Shown piece after piece: positions 55,019 through 64,000 of a stretch of DNA of 64,000 nucleotides. Positions within the stretch are counted from its first letter, which is position 1, and every line of letters begins with the position of its first letter. The notes under the pieces are model-generated. The model did no database searches. It was not told the DNA's origin and saw only the letters and a list, made by a program, of their open reading frames with translations. The translations under genes and the position numbers were made by a program. Source of the DNA: a virus; the IMG/VR virus record IMGVR_UViG_3300047160_006886, positions 47,991 through 111,990 of that record; one strand, given 5' to 3'.

Positions 55019-55444
55019 TCAAGCCTGGAAGGCGTCGACCTGGACCAGGCACGGCGCCCGGTCGGCGCGAATGTGGAACGACAACGGTGCTCCCGGTGAG
55101 CCGGTGCCGGTCGGTGGGTAGACCGTCTTCATATGCCGCGATAAGCGGATGACATAGGACTCTCCGGGCAGAGCTTCACCGAGTGGATAGAACTCATTGG
55201 ACTCGGCGTCGAAGACCCCGTAAGTGATGAAGTTGACAGTATCGTAATTCTGGATGCGGCAGCAGGCCGGCGTGGTCAGGGGTCCGAAGTTGATATTGAT
55301 GCCGCCGACGCCAGCCAGGACCGTGCCGGGAGCCGGCCCACCGACTCCGACTTGGTTGGCGATGCTGACCCCTGGCTGAGAGTAATACTGAACCGGTGGG
55401 TTGGTGACCTGGAGGGTCGCCTGAATGCGGATTTCTTGGGACAT
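55019..55444 (-). CDS. Putative tail/virion protein
   Basis: Beta-rich; GGAGG RBS; within tail genes. Confidence 0.55.
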   Translation of the reverse strand: MSQEIRIQATLQVTNPPVQYYSQPGVSIANQVGVGGPAPGTVLAGVGGININFGPLTTPACCRIQNYDTVNFITYGVFDAESNEFYPLGEALPGESYVIRLSRHMKTVYPPTGTGSPGAPLSFHIRADRAPCLVQVDAFQA

Positions 55445-55474
55445 CGTTTATTCGTTCCTCCCCTCTCTTTGGCG

Positions 55475-56731
55475 TCAGAAGTTCGCCGGCAGGCCCAGGA
55501 CCAGGAAGCCTAGCGGGTCCACGTCGGTGTCTTCGGGGTAATACTGGATGTTGATGTTGCCCGGCGGTCCTCCAGCCGCAGCTCCGGCCGTCGTCAGGGT
55601 GACCTTGGGTGGCAGGAGGTAGAGGCTGCCGCCGCTGATCAAATTGATATCGGTGACCTTGCCGTTCTGGATGACGGCAACGGCCGAGGCCGGCGTACCC
55701 GCCCCCGACTGGAACTCGCCGATGAAGTTGACCGTCGGCGGGGCGGTGTAGCCCTGGCCGGGATTGGTCACGGACACGAACTCGACCGTCCCGCCGGTCT
55801 GGTCCATGATCGCAACAGCCGTTGCTCCGTAGCCGGGATTGACCGAGCCGGTGCCGACCTCGACGCCGGAAGGAAGACCCGCTCCGTTGAGGATGACCCG
55901 GCTGGTGTTGCCGGCTCGATCTTGGAATCGCTTGAAGTGCTGCGGATTGAGCGGATTGGGTGGCTGACCATTGATGTTATCGAGCTTCCAGCGGCCATCG
56001 GTGCCCCAGTGGCCGTTGAGGACCTTAGTTCCCTCGTCGAGGACGTTGCGGTCGAAGGTGTCGAAGCGGATGTCGAAATGCAGGGTCCACTTGTAATAGA
56101 CGCTGCATTGGCCCCAGTACTGCCGCTCCCAGTCCCATTGCGAGAGCTTGATGGTCCTCGGCGGCAGACCCCACAACTCCTGGCCGTTGAGGTGATCGAC
56201 GAGAGAGGCAACCAGGGCGAAGTTAAGCGATGGGACGTTGTACTCGAACTTGACGTTGGCCCGGTTCTTGTCGAACTCGACCTGCGGACCGCGTATCTGC
56301 TCGTAGGACGAGGTGACGATAGGTAGACCGAAGCGATCCCTGGACACCTGCTCGGTGTACTTGACGAAGGAACCGGATATCTTGATCGGCTCCAGGAGCG
56401 GGTCTTCGACCTGAATGGTGCGGCAGTACCCCTTCGGTGGCTTGGTGGTGAAGGTCAGATCAACGTTCCAGAGATTGATCGGCTCTCCTTCGACCTGTCC
56501 GGGGCCGGGAACCACCTCGGCGTCCCACTTGCACCAGGCGAAGACGTCAACGTCAGAGTCGAGCAGCCAGAAGGAATAGGGCAGCGGCAAGCCGGGAGTC
56601 TGGAGGACCGCCGCCGGCAGGTCGGTGCCGGTTGTCGAGAAGACCTGGTACTTGATCTTGTACTCGCGGTGGCCGTCCTCGTCCCGGTTCATCGTGGCGA
56701 TCTTCTGGCCGTTCGACAGGATCAGCGCCAT
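55475..56731 (-). CDS. Tail tip/baseplate-type protein
   Basis: Follows tape measure; VTNPGQGYT.PP.V repeats. Confidence 0.6.
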   Translation of the reverse strand: MALILSNGQKIATMNRDEDGHREYKIKYQVFSTTGTDLPAAVLQTPGLPLPYSFWLLDSDVDVFAWCKWDAEVVPGPGQVEGEPINLWNVDLTFTTKPPKGYCRTIQVEDPLLEPIKISGSFVKYTEQVSRDRFGLPIVTSSYEQIRGPQVEFDKNRANVKFEYNVPSLNFALVASLVDHLNGQELWGLPPRTIKLSQWDWERQYWGQCSVYYKWTLHFDIRFDTFDRNVLDEGTKVLNGHWGTDGRWKLDNINGQPPNPLNPQHFKRFQDRAGNTSRVILNGAGLPSGVEVGTGSVNPGYGATAVAIMDQTGGTVEFVSVTNPGQGYTAPPTVNFIGEFQSGAGTPASAVAVIQNGKVTDINLISGGSLYLLPPKVTLTTAGAAAGGPPGNINIQYYPEDTDVDPLGFLVLGLPANF

Positions 56732-58728
56732 CAGTACGTCCCTCCTATCCCGGCGGCTCGCATCCTCATCTCATTGCTACCCATCGACCCCTTCTGGCGG
56801 ATGGCCTGGATTGCCTCGTTGATGTTCTTCAGGATCGTGTTCGACTCCTCGACGGCACTGGCGGCATCAGCCCTTCCCACCGGAGAGGCGGAGAAAGTAA
56901 CTCCGGTGGTGCCACCCTCTCCCTTGACGCCGGTCGTGGCGAAGTCGAGCGGATTGTCGTGGAGCTTGTCGTACTGCTCCTGGATGCGAGAGAGGGCGTC
57001 GGCCGATCCGGACTGGGCAGCGTCGAACTTGGTCAGCTGGTCGGTCGCTCCGAATATCTCCTTGCGGTACATCTGGATCGAGCGGTTGTAAGTATCCTGA
57101 GAGATCTTGCCAGCCTTCTGCAGCTGGTTCAGCTCACCGATCTTGTCCGAGTACTTCTCGATTGGAGTCTTGACCTTCTCGAAGAGCTGAGCGGCGGCCT
57201 CACCCATCTTGACGTCACGGAGCGTGTCCAGCTGGATCTGGAAGGACTTGGAAGCCAGAGCCGCTTCACCGAACTTGTTGCGGATCTCTTCGGTCTTGTC
57301 GATGACTGCCTTGTTCCAATCCGACTGGCCAATCTTCGACATCTCGACGCCGGTCTTGCGAATGTCATCTTGCAGATTCTCGGTGATCTTAACAGCGGCG
57401 GCTTCCTCCATCGCCTCTCTCAAGTCCTCCGTGGCTGCGACGGCTTCGTCCAGGGAGAGACCCTGCTCTCGCATCAACTTCAGCTGCTCCTTCAGGATGT
57501 CGGCAGAGACTCCCCGCATGCCAATGAGGGCCGTCTCGTCATTCATGGCTGCGGCCTTGTCGGCGTACTGATTGGCCAGCGTCTCGGCGTCCTTGTCCCG
57601 GATGGCAGCAAGAACTCCGGTCTGCTCCAACTCATCCCTGGCCTGGTCCTCGGTCATGCCCTTGTGTTGCTTGACGTATTCGTTAACCTTCTTCTGAATA
57701 TTCAGCTCAGTGCCCTTGAGACCGAGAGTCCTCGTCTCGGCACGCATATTGGCGGCGTCCTGGGCTGCCTTCTGCCGCCGGAGGGTCTCCGTGTGTATCT
57801 CGTAACCCTTCATCTGCTCGTCGACCGTCTCCATCGCTTCCCGTCCACCCATCCCGGTGGTCTTCATCAACTTCAGGATTTCGGCGTACTTCTTTGCCTC
57901 AGCCTCGCCCATGTCGAACGTATCGACCTGCATCTTCACTTGCTCCGTTGCCTTCTCGGTCTCCTTCGTCAGCTCTGCCTGACCCAGCGCCAGGGCTATC
58001 GGTGCGTACTTCGGACTCTTGAGCTTCTCCAGCATCTGCTGAGCGGCGAATATCTTATCTATTGACTTCTGCATGTCGGCACGGAACGCCGCTCCGAGTA
58101 TCTCGTTGCGAGATAAGGTAGGGTGTCTGAGTTTGGTCCCGATGACATCGAGCCCTTTGGAGAAGGGGTCCCAGAAGAGCCCCGGAGCCTCCCACTTCTG
58201 CACGAGCTTATCGAAGTCCTTTCCCAATTCCTCTACGTCCACTTCAGCGAGCGCCCCGGCGGCGGATGTCTCACCCTTGGTCATCGCGTGAAACGCCTTG
58301 GTCGCGCCTTCCGCCGCAGCCTTCTGCTCCTCATGCAGCTTGTGCCACATATGCACCAACCCGGCGACGCCGATAACGGCGGCACCGATGCCAGTAGCAG
58401 CGAAGGCCGTTCCCATAAGACCCAGTGACGCAGTTGCGGCTCCGATGGAATGGGACAGAAGGTGGAAAGCGTGCACACCCATCATCGCCGGACGGGAGAT
58501 CCCTTCAAGACCAGTGGCGGCTCCGAGCAGGTGGATGGCATGGCGGGATTCCCTCATGCCAAGGTGGAGCTTGTGCATCTCCGCTGCCGGCTTCCTGCCA
58601 CCATGCTTGCTGATGTGCTCCCCGGCTCTCTCGGTTGCCTTCGTCGTCCTGTTCAGCTCGTTGACGTACTGCGAGCCGTCGCCGACGATGCGGATCAGCA
58701 TCCGTTCGAGTTCAGTTTCAGCCGCCAT
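56731..58728 (-). CDS. Tail tape measure protein
   Basis: Helical A/E/K-rich, hydrophobic N-terminal segment, follows chaperones. Confidence 0.8.
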   Translation of the reverse strand: MAAETELERMLIRIVGDGSQYVNELNRTTKATERAGEHISKHGGRKPAAEMHKLHLGMRESRHAIHLLGAATGLEGISRPAMMGVHAFHLLSHSIGAATASLGLMGTAFAATGIGAAVIGVAGLVHMWHKLHEEQKAAAEGATKAFHAMTKGETSAAGALAEVDVEELGKDFDKLVQKWEAPGLFWDPFSKGLDVIGTKLRHPTLSRNEILGAAFRADMQKSIDKIFAAQQMLEKLKSPKYAPIALALGQAELTKETEKATEQVKMQVDTFDMGEAEAKKYAEILKLMKTTGMGGREAMETVDEQMKGYEIHTETLRRQKAAQDAANMRAETRTLGLKGTELNIQKKVNEYVKQHKGMTEDQARDELEQTGVLAAIRDKDAETLANQYADKAAAMNDETALIGMRGVSADILKEQLKLMREQGLSLDEAVAATEDLREAMEEAAAVKITENLQDDIRKTGVEMSKIGQSDWNKAVIDKTEEIRNKFGEAALASKSFQIQLDTLRDVKMGEAAAQLFEKVKTPIEKYSDKIGELNQLQKAGKISQDTYNRSIQMYRKEIFGATDQLTKFDAAQSGSADALSRIQEQYDKLHDNPLDFATTGVKGEGGTTGVTFSASPVGRADAASAVEESNTILKNINEAIQAIRQKGSMGSNEMRMRAAGIGGTY

Positions 58729-59023
58729 GAGCCACCTCCACTTCTACCTCCTTCTTCTCCAGCGCTCTCCGATCCGCTTCCATCGCTTCCTTGACTTGCT
58801 GCCAGCTCATCCCGGCCGCGGCCATCCACTTCGCCTTGGCGAAAGAGTCCTCGACCTGGACGTGCATCCGCATCGGCCGCTTCACCTTGATGACTCCCAA
58901 CCACACCGCCATCGCCCTGAGCTGCCGGGGGGAGGCCCGCTTCGCCAATTCCCACGGAAGGATCGAGAAGCCGGCCTCCTGGGACAGCCGGAAGGTCAGG
59001 GAGTGGCGGTCGGTGAGTTTTTT
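58718..59023 (-). CDS. Tail assembly chaperone, -1 frameshift extension (gpT-like)
   Basis: -1 frame open from A AAA AAC at 59023-59017 to the stop at 58718. Confidence 0.72.
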   Translation of the reverse strand, partial: KKLTDRHSLTFRLSQEAGFSILPWELAKRASPRQLRAMAVWLGVIKVKRPMRMHVQVEDSFAKAKWMAAAGMSWQQVKEAMEADRRALEKKEVEVEVAHGG

Positions 59024-59445
59024 GATTGGCCCAGTTCCCCCCTCTCCTGGTCCGGGGTCTTCGGGGCGTAGTCACCGAGCTTGTTCATCCGCTCGCAGGC
59101 ATCGAAGATGACGGCGGTGACACGCCGGGGCCACTTCTTGATGGCCACGAGCGAGACGGGCACTCGGGGCGTCGCATCCTTGCCATTGACGGCCGGCTTG
59201 GCCTCGTGGAAGAGGCACATCGACAGGAGCAATGACTCCTGCGAGGCCGGTCCTTGGGCTTTCGGGTTGGACAAGGATCTTATTGCCTTGCCGTCCTCAT
59301 TGAACTCGACGTAGTTCGAGAGGCGAATGGCATCACGGTACTTGGCGATGGCGTCTTCCGATGCCTCGACCAGCACGTAGTCATCGCCAGCGATCTTGAC
59401 CGGCTCTTCCAGGAGAGCCAGCGACTCGAAGTTGAGGTCTGACAT
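58996..59445 (-). CDS. Tail assembly chaperone (gpG-like)
   Basis: Between major tail and tape measure; ends ..SKNSPTATP at slippery site. Confidence 0.75.
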   Translation of the reverse strand: MSDLNFESLALLEEPVKIAGDDYVLVEASEDAIAKYRDAIRLSNYVEFNEDGKAIRSLSNPKAQGPASQESLLLSMCLFHEAKPAVNGKDATPRVPVSLVAIKKWPRRVTAVIFDACERMNKLGDYAPKTPDQERGELGQSKNSPTATP

Positions 59446-59475
59446 ATTTCACACTTCACCTTTCTAGTACTCGGA

Positions 59476-59664
59476 TCAATCCCACATGGTCTTGCGCTTC
59501 TTCTTTTGCTCCACCGACGGGGAGGCGTCGGGATCGCCGCTGAGGCCCTTCTCGCGAGCGGCCCTGGCGACAGAGTCTCTCTCCAGCACGGTGTTACGCA
59601 GCTCCAGCATGGCAACACGCGCTTCGAGGGCGACAACGCGGTCGACGAGTTCGTCCCAGGTCAC
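59476..59664 (-). CDS. Small coiled-coil protein
   Basis: GGAGG RBS. Confidence 0.5.
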   Translation of the reverse strand: MTWDELVDRVVALEARVAMLELRNTVLERDSVARAAREKGLSGDPDASPSVEQKKKRKTMWD

Positions 59665-59703
59665 GGCAGTCCACCTCCTTCAAAGGCAGAAGGAGCATGT
59701 GGA

Positions 59704-60183
59704 CTATGGGGTGCCCGGAGAAGCGACGTAGGTCGGACCGGCCTCAACGAAGTTGACGTAGTCGAAGTTAGTGATCCCGATGGTGTAGGTCATCTCCGGC
59801 ATGATGCCTTCCTGGTGCTCATCGACTTCGACCTTCTGCAGGTAGCCGTAGAAGGCGAGCTGAGCGTGGGTCGGGAAGGTGATGGTGATCGTGCACGGGA
59901 TGTTGATCATCGACACCAGGCCGGGATAGACAGCGGTGTCGTAGCCGCACTTGCCGGAGACCTCGGTGAGCGTCTTCAGCTTCTTGGGTGCGAACGTCCG
60001 CCACGTGTCGTTGTGCATGGTCGTGATGGGGATCGGATCGCCGCCGTCAATGCCCGGAGGCTTGACCGTCTTCTCCCAGAGCTGGATAGACGTGTCGAGT
60101 GACAGAGTGATCAGCGTGCGATAGCCGTCTTCGAGGTAGAAGCCGGAGGGCTTCACACGAGTGGAAGGAACTGGAGCAGCCAT
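59704..60183 (-). CDS. Major tail (tube) protein
   Basis: PPGIDGGDPI.ITTM..RTF.PKKL..ITITFP..FYGYL; position. Confidence 0.72.
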   Translation of the reverse strand: MAAPVPSTRVKPSGFYLEDGYRTLITLSLDTSIQLWEKTVKPPGIDGGDPIPITTMHNDTWRTFAPKKLKTLTEVSGKCGYDTAVYPGLVSMINIPCTITITFPTHAQLAFYGYLQKVEVDEHQEGIMPEMTYTIGITNFDYVNFVEAGPTYVASPGTP

Positions 60184-60289
60184 GTGAATTGAACCTTTCC
60201 GCCAAGGGAGATCACAAGTTGTCGAAACCACTAAGTTGTCCTGCGTTTGAGGCTACTCACCTCAGTCAAGTTGTTCTGCGTGAGCTTGC

Positions 60290-60607
60290 TCAGCTCGGTC
60301 GATCTGTCTTTGCTGCTTCGGGCAGGAACACGTTGCCGTCGCTGTCCACGACTCGCAAGGGCGGAGCGAGGTTGACGACTTCCTTCTTCGTGACTGGCGG
60401 GTCGGAGAACACATCAACCAGGAGTTCTCCGTCCGCATCGACTGCGTGCTTCAAACACTCACCAGTCACCAAGTTGATTCGGCAGAACGCTTCTGAGCAC
60501 TCTATTCCGTTCTTGTCGAAGACCTTTGCTCTCATGCCAGGCACGAACTCGAAGGAGGCATCGTCAGGGGACCATTCCAGGACATCGTGGTAGAAAGTCT
60601 CACTCAT
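60290..60607 (-). CDS. Hypothetical protein (insertion among structural genes)
   Basis: TGATG overlap. Confidence 0.5.
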   Translation of the reverse strand: MSETFYHDVLEWSPDDASFEFVPGMRAKVFDKNGIECSEAFCRINLVTGECLKHAVDADGELLVDVFSDPPVTKKEVVNLAPPLRVVDSDGNVFLPEAAKTDRPS

Positions 60608-61083
60608 CACGGCACCTCCACGGGCAGCAGCTCCCGGATCGCCGCCGTGCAATTGATCGTGAAGATCGAGCGCTTCGACTGCGGCGTCTGCTTGCCTAGC
60701 GGCAGCACCTGGCCGATGTTGGCGTAGCACCAGATCAGGTACATCGAAGAGTCGTCGGGCATAACCACGACGGCCTGCTGCACCCCCTCGGCCAGGAAGT
60801 TGCGGATCGTGTTGGCCTGAACCCAGCCATCGCGGTGCTCGGAGGAGCGGACCCGGATCTGGAGACCCCAGTGGTTGAAGAGAGTACCATCGACCATCGC
60901 TCTCCCATCTCCCTTGCCGTCGGTGTCATAGACGGTGATGGTCAAGTCGCCGATCACCTGCCCACCGAACTCCATGCCGCCGGCATCCGGTTCGTTGGTC
61001 GAGAAGATGGCCAGCTGCGGGAACTTCTCCTGCAGGAGTACCTGAGTGATCTCGGCCGGTGAGTGAGTCAGTGGTCCCGCCAT
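60607..61083 (-). CDS. Tail terminator/completion protein
   Basis: ITVYDT.G..G..LQIRVR; upstream of major tail. Confidence 0.65.
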   Translation of the reverse strand: MAGPLTHSPAEITQVLLQEKFPQLAIFSTNEPDAGGMEFGGQVIGDLTITVYDTDGKGDGRAMVDGTLFNHWGLQIRVRSSEHRDGWVQANTIRNFLAEGVQQAVVVMPDDSSMYLIWCYANIGQVLPLGKQTPQSKRSIFTINCTAAIRELLPVEVP

Positions 61084-61086
61084 CTC

Positions 61087-61290
61087 TCACTTCCTCTCCT
61101 TCGTGGCCTCGGCCAGGGCCAGCTGAGCCTGGATGTAGGCGATCTCGGCCTCTTCCAACTCGACCAGGGCGTCCGGTGAAGCCGCGGTAGCCGAGTGGCC
61201 GGCTGAGGCGTGATACTTCTCGTTGGCCCGCGTGTACTGATCCTGACGGATCTCCAGCACTCTCTCCAAGAGGTCGATCCTGGTCGGCAT
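61087..61290 (-). CDS. Small helical hypothetical protein
   Basis: RBS; coiled coil. Confidence 0.45.
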   Translation of the reverse strand: MPTRIDLLERVLEIRQDQYTRANEKYHASAGHSATAASPDALVELEEAEIAYIQAQLALAEATKERK

Positions 61291-61310
61291 GATCCTGCAT
61301 CCTTTCTTTC

Positions 61311-61724
61311 TCACTTGCATCCCACGGACAAGCCACCCGCTGGCACTTCCACCTCGACCGTCAGCCCCTCGACCAGGTTCTCGGTCGACGAGAACGGCGG
61401 TGCTGCAGTGATGCCGCAGCTGATGACGAAGAGGTAAGTGTTGAGCGGCACTGCCCCGACGTTGGTCATGGTGAAGAGCACCTGGGTCTTGGTCGAGTCG
61501 ATCTGGATGTTGGCGATGGTGAAGTCGGTCGACGGATTGCCGGAGCCATCGAGCACGTCCACAGTCGGCGTGCCGGTCAAGGTCTGGCCGAACTGACGGA
61601 TCTCCCGCCGACAGGAGAAGTCAATGGCGACGTTGAGCACCTCGCGACGGACGACCGGAGCCGTCACCGGCGACATCTGCGTCTTGAGGGCCGAGGTCTC
61701 CGGTTGGTTGCAGACTGCTGTCAT
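61311..61724 (-). CDS. Putative virion structural protein
   Basis: Beta-rich; IDF motif; context. Confidence 0.5.
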   Translation of the reverse strand: MTAVCNQPETSALKTQMSPVTAPVVRREVLNVAIDFSCRREIRQFGQTLTGTPTVDVLDGSGNPSTDFTIANIQIDSTKTQVLFTMTNVGAVPLNTYLFVISCGITAAPPFSSTENLVEGLTVEVEVPAGGLSVGCK

Positions 61725-61728
61725 CGCT

Positions 61729-61932
61729 CTATTTGCTCCTCAGCGTCAAGTCCCGGTCCGCCACGGTGAAGACCACTGTCCGGTCCTTGGCGATGAACCC
61801 GGTCGGCCGGTCGGAAGCGAAGAAGGTAATGTCAGGCTGGATGGCCTTGCCGGAGACGCCGCCGCCCTGCCAGAAGCCGGGCTTATATTCGGCTCCCTTG
61901 AATAGCCCACCCTTGAACATCGCCTTGGCCAT
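61729..61932 (-). CDS. Small putative virion protein
   Basis: GAGG RBS; context. Confidence 0.45.
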   Translation of the reverse strand: MAKAMFKGGLFKGAEYKPGFWQGGGVSGKAIQPDITFFASDRPTGFIAKDRTVVFTVADRDLTLRSK

Positions 61933-61940
61933 ATGTCCTC

Positions 61941-63347
61941 TCAGTGATAGACAATCGCGGTGCGATTGCCGTTCTGGTCGATGGTGGCATCGACTGCAGC
62001 GGCTCCACTGAAGTCCTTGTAGTTCTCCTGTCCCGACCCCGCCCCTGAAGGCAGAGCACCTGCCGTGGTCGCTCCGATATATACCAAGGCCCTGATCAGG
62101 TCCTTACTGGCGACCATGACGGAATTGGTTACGTAGCCGTTGAGCGTGCTGCGGACCGAGGTGCCGTGGACCGAGTCCCAGATCGCTCCGTCACCGGCCA
62201 GGTTGATGTCATGACCACCGACCGAGACGATCTTGACCCCGTCGCCGGCACCAGTGGTAATCAGAATGCCGGGACCGCCGGCGACTCCGGCGTTGGCGAG
62301 AGTCGTGTCGACGATGATCGCCGGCCCTGGAGTGACCGATGGGCCGTCGATCTCGATGGCTGGGCCGGCTGAACTGCCGGATATGAAGAGCGTCGGCTGA
62401 CTGCCGGTCCCACCCTGCAGGAACAGCCCGCCGCCGAAGGTCCCGCTGCCGCTCATAGTCACCGCATAACCGTTGGTGCTCGCCAGAGCAAGTGCGTTGG
62501 AGTTGGTTCCTGCACCGCCGCTGACCAATACTGAGATCGCGACGCAGGAAGCGGTGCCGTTGCCGGCCTGGATCTGCACAGCTGAGGCCGTGGGATTGGA
62601 GGAGGTTATGTTGAGTAGGCTCAGTGCCATAGTCGCCGTGGAAGAGCCGGGAGTGCCGCCGTGAGCGACCGCGTTGGCCAGTCGCACATCGAGGTGCCCG
62701 GCCCCATCGTCGGCAGCCGTGTGCGTCTTGATCTGCTCGACATCGACCTGGACATAGCCCCCGGAGGCGAGAGACAGAACATTGCCCGACTGCCAGAAGC
62801 GAACGTCAGTGATGGCCACGCCGGGATTGGCGACGTTGCCCGGACAGGCGGAGCCCACGTACTGGACGATGTTGCAGTTCACGTTGCCGGACGACAAGAC
62901 TGACGGCTGCCCGCCTCGCCACTGTTCGACATCGACTTGCACATAGGCCGAAGCACCTGTGCCGCTGAAGTTTACCGGCTGAGCAGTGCCGATGTTGGGG
63001 CCGACGGCAGTAACGCCGCTCGTTGAGACCGAATTGATGGCCGAGACGTTGGCGTTGAGGCCGCCGTTGTCGGTGTCCTTGAACACCGGGTTGACCTGGA
63101 CGTTCGCCGTGGTCGAGGCCCAGCGGTAGGCTGCTTCGTTGGCGTTAGTCTCTCCCTGGGCCAGCGGCTGCCAGTAGACTCCTCCGCCCATCTCGGTTGG
63201 GTTGGCGGTGGAGAAGCCGGTATGGTCGACCCCGTCGAGCGAGTAGCTGCCGGTGATGTTAGCAGCGTCGCCTGTCTTAGGGATCGAGTTGAGAGAATCC
63301 CAAGCGAAGAGGTAGACGCCCTGGCCAGCGACGTTCTTACGCAGCAC
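61941..63347 (-). CDS. Gly/Ala/Ser-rich fibre/decoration protein
   Basis: V.V.QW/VQVDVEQ repeats, beta-helix-like region, D.NGNRT end. Confidence 0.6.
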   Translation of the reverse strand: MLRKNVAGQGVYLFAWDSLNSIPKTGDAANITGSYSLDGVDHTGFSTANPTEMGGGVYWQPLAQGETNANEAAYRWASTTANVQVNPVFKDTDNGGLNANVSAINSVSTSGVTAVGPNIGTAQPVNFSGTGASAYVQVDVEQWRGGQPSVLSSGNVNCNIVQYVGSACPGNVANPGVAITDVRFWQSGNVLSLASGGYVQVDVEQIKTHTAADDGAGHLDVRLANAVAHGGTPGSSTATMALSLLNITSSNPTASAVQIQAGNGTASCVAISVLVSGGAGTNSNALALASTNGYAVTMSGSGTFGGGLFLQGGTGSQPTLFISGSSAGPAIEIDGPSVTPGPAIIVDTTLANAGVAGGPGILITTGAGDGVKIVSVGGHDINLAGDGAIWDSVHGTSVRSTLNGYVTNSVMVASKDLIRALVYIGATTAGALPSGAGSGQENYKDFSGAAAVDATIDQNGNRTAIVYH

Positions 63348-64000
63348 CCTTTCGCTCCTTTCTCCACTTCGGCGTCAGGTCCGGGTCGAGCAGCATCCCC
63401 GACGGTGCCGGCGGTCGAGTCTTGATGGTAAATGGCCCGGCAGCGTTGACGGTGTCCAGCCACATGCAGAAGGGCGGGATGTTCGAGGACGAGAGCGTGC
63501 TCCAGCTGGTGGCGTTGAAGTAGACGGCCTTGGTAGAGCTGCCATAGGGCATCAGACCGACTGAGTTCGTGTCGGTGTCCCAGGTCGCGTAGGCGGTGCG
63601 GAAGCAGTTGGAGCTGGTATCGGTATTGCCTGCCGAGTCGCCCATTGAAATCGTCGCCAGCGAGTTACCGGGAATCTGGACCGGCGAGGCAAACTCGCTG
63701 CAAGTAGTCGAAGCCAAGCTGCCGCTGTAGGGCAGAGCAACTGTTGTGCCCTGAAGCACCATCGAACCGACTGCCCCGGTATAGAGGCGAAGTTGCCTCA
63801 AACCGGTCGGCACGCCGGTGTTGGTTGCTCCCTGATACGCCAGCCCCCGAACGTTGAGCATCAGGGTCGGCTGGTAAGGAAGCTGGAACTGCGTACCATA
63901 CTCGCGAGTGCCGTAGATCAGATTGGTACCGTCGGTCGCGCCATCGGCGAACGGGTTGCCGTCATAGCTGCCGTCCGAGTAACCGACACGGACGCCGGAG
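63337..64000 (-). CDS. Putative virion protein, partial
   Basis: Frame open to the window end. Confidence 0.5.
   Translation of the reverse strand, partial: SGVRVGYSDGSYDGNPFADGATDGTNLIYGTREYGTQFQLPYQPTLMLNVRGLAYQGATNTGVPTGLRQLRLYTGAVGSMVLQGTTVALPYSGSLASTTCSEFASPVQIPGNSLATISMGDSAGNTDTSSNCFRTAYATWDTDTNSVGLMPYGSSTKAVYFNATSWSTLSSSNIPPFCMWLDTVNAAGPFTIKTRPPAPSGMLLDPDLTPKWRKERKGAA

Overview
A 64-kb segment of a GC-rich tailed dsDNA phage (siphovirus-like: major tail protein, frameshifted tail chaperones, tape measure, no sheath gene seen). A Planctomycetota-like host is a tentative inference from CsrA, anti-sigma-like Zn fingers and Cys-rich virion proteins. Layout: (i) 1-5100, minus: terminase block; (ii) 5628-6227, plus: stand-alone DUF2924-like gene with its own promoter and terminator; (iii) 6346-19353, minus: DNA methylases and replication/recombination (primase-helicase, PolA, putative SSB, Sak4-like ATPase, CsrA, exonuclease, UDG, RuvC-like); (iv) 19470-31939, plus: probable early operon (small genes, ParB-like protein, SF1B helicase) whose spacers hold a twister ribozyme and several predicted pseudoknots; (v) 31931-32230: convergence zone with nested inverted repeats; (vi) 32247-50604, minus: five glycosyltransferase-like, several O-methyltransferase and two radical SAM genes; (vii) 50677-64000, minus: tail/virion genes including a 1210-aa Cys/Thr-rich mucin-like protein. 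Best candidates for new biology: the ribozyme/pseudoknot-punctuated early transcript, and a putative phage-encoded glycosylation system beside a mucin-like virion protein. All protein calls come from motif recognition by eye; no database searches or folding programs were run.
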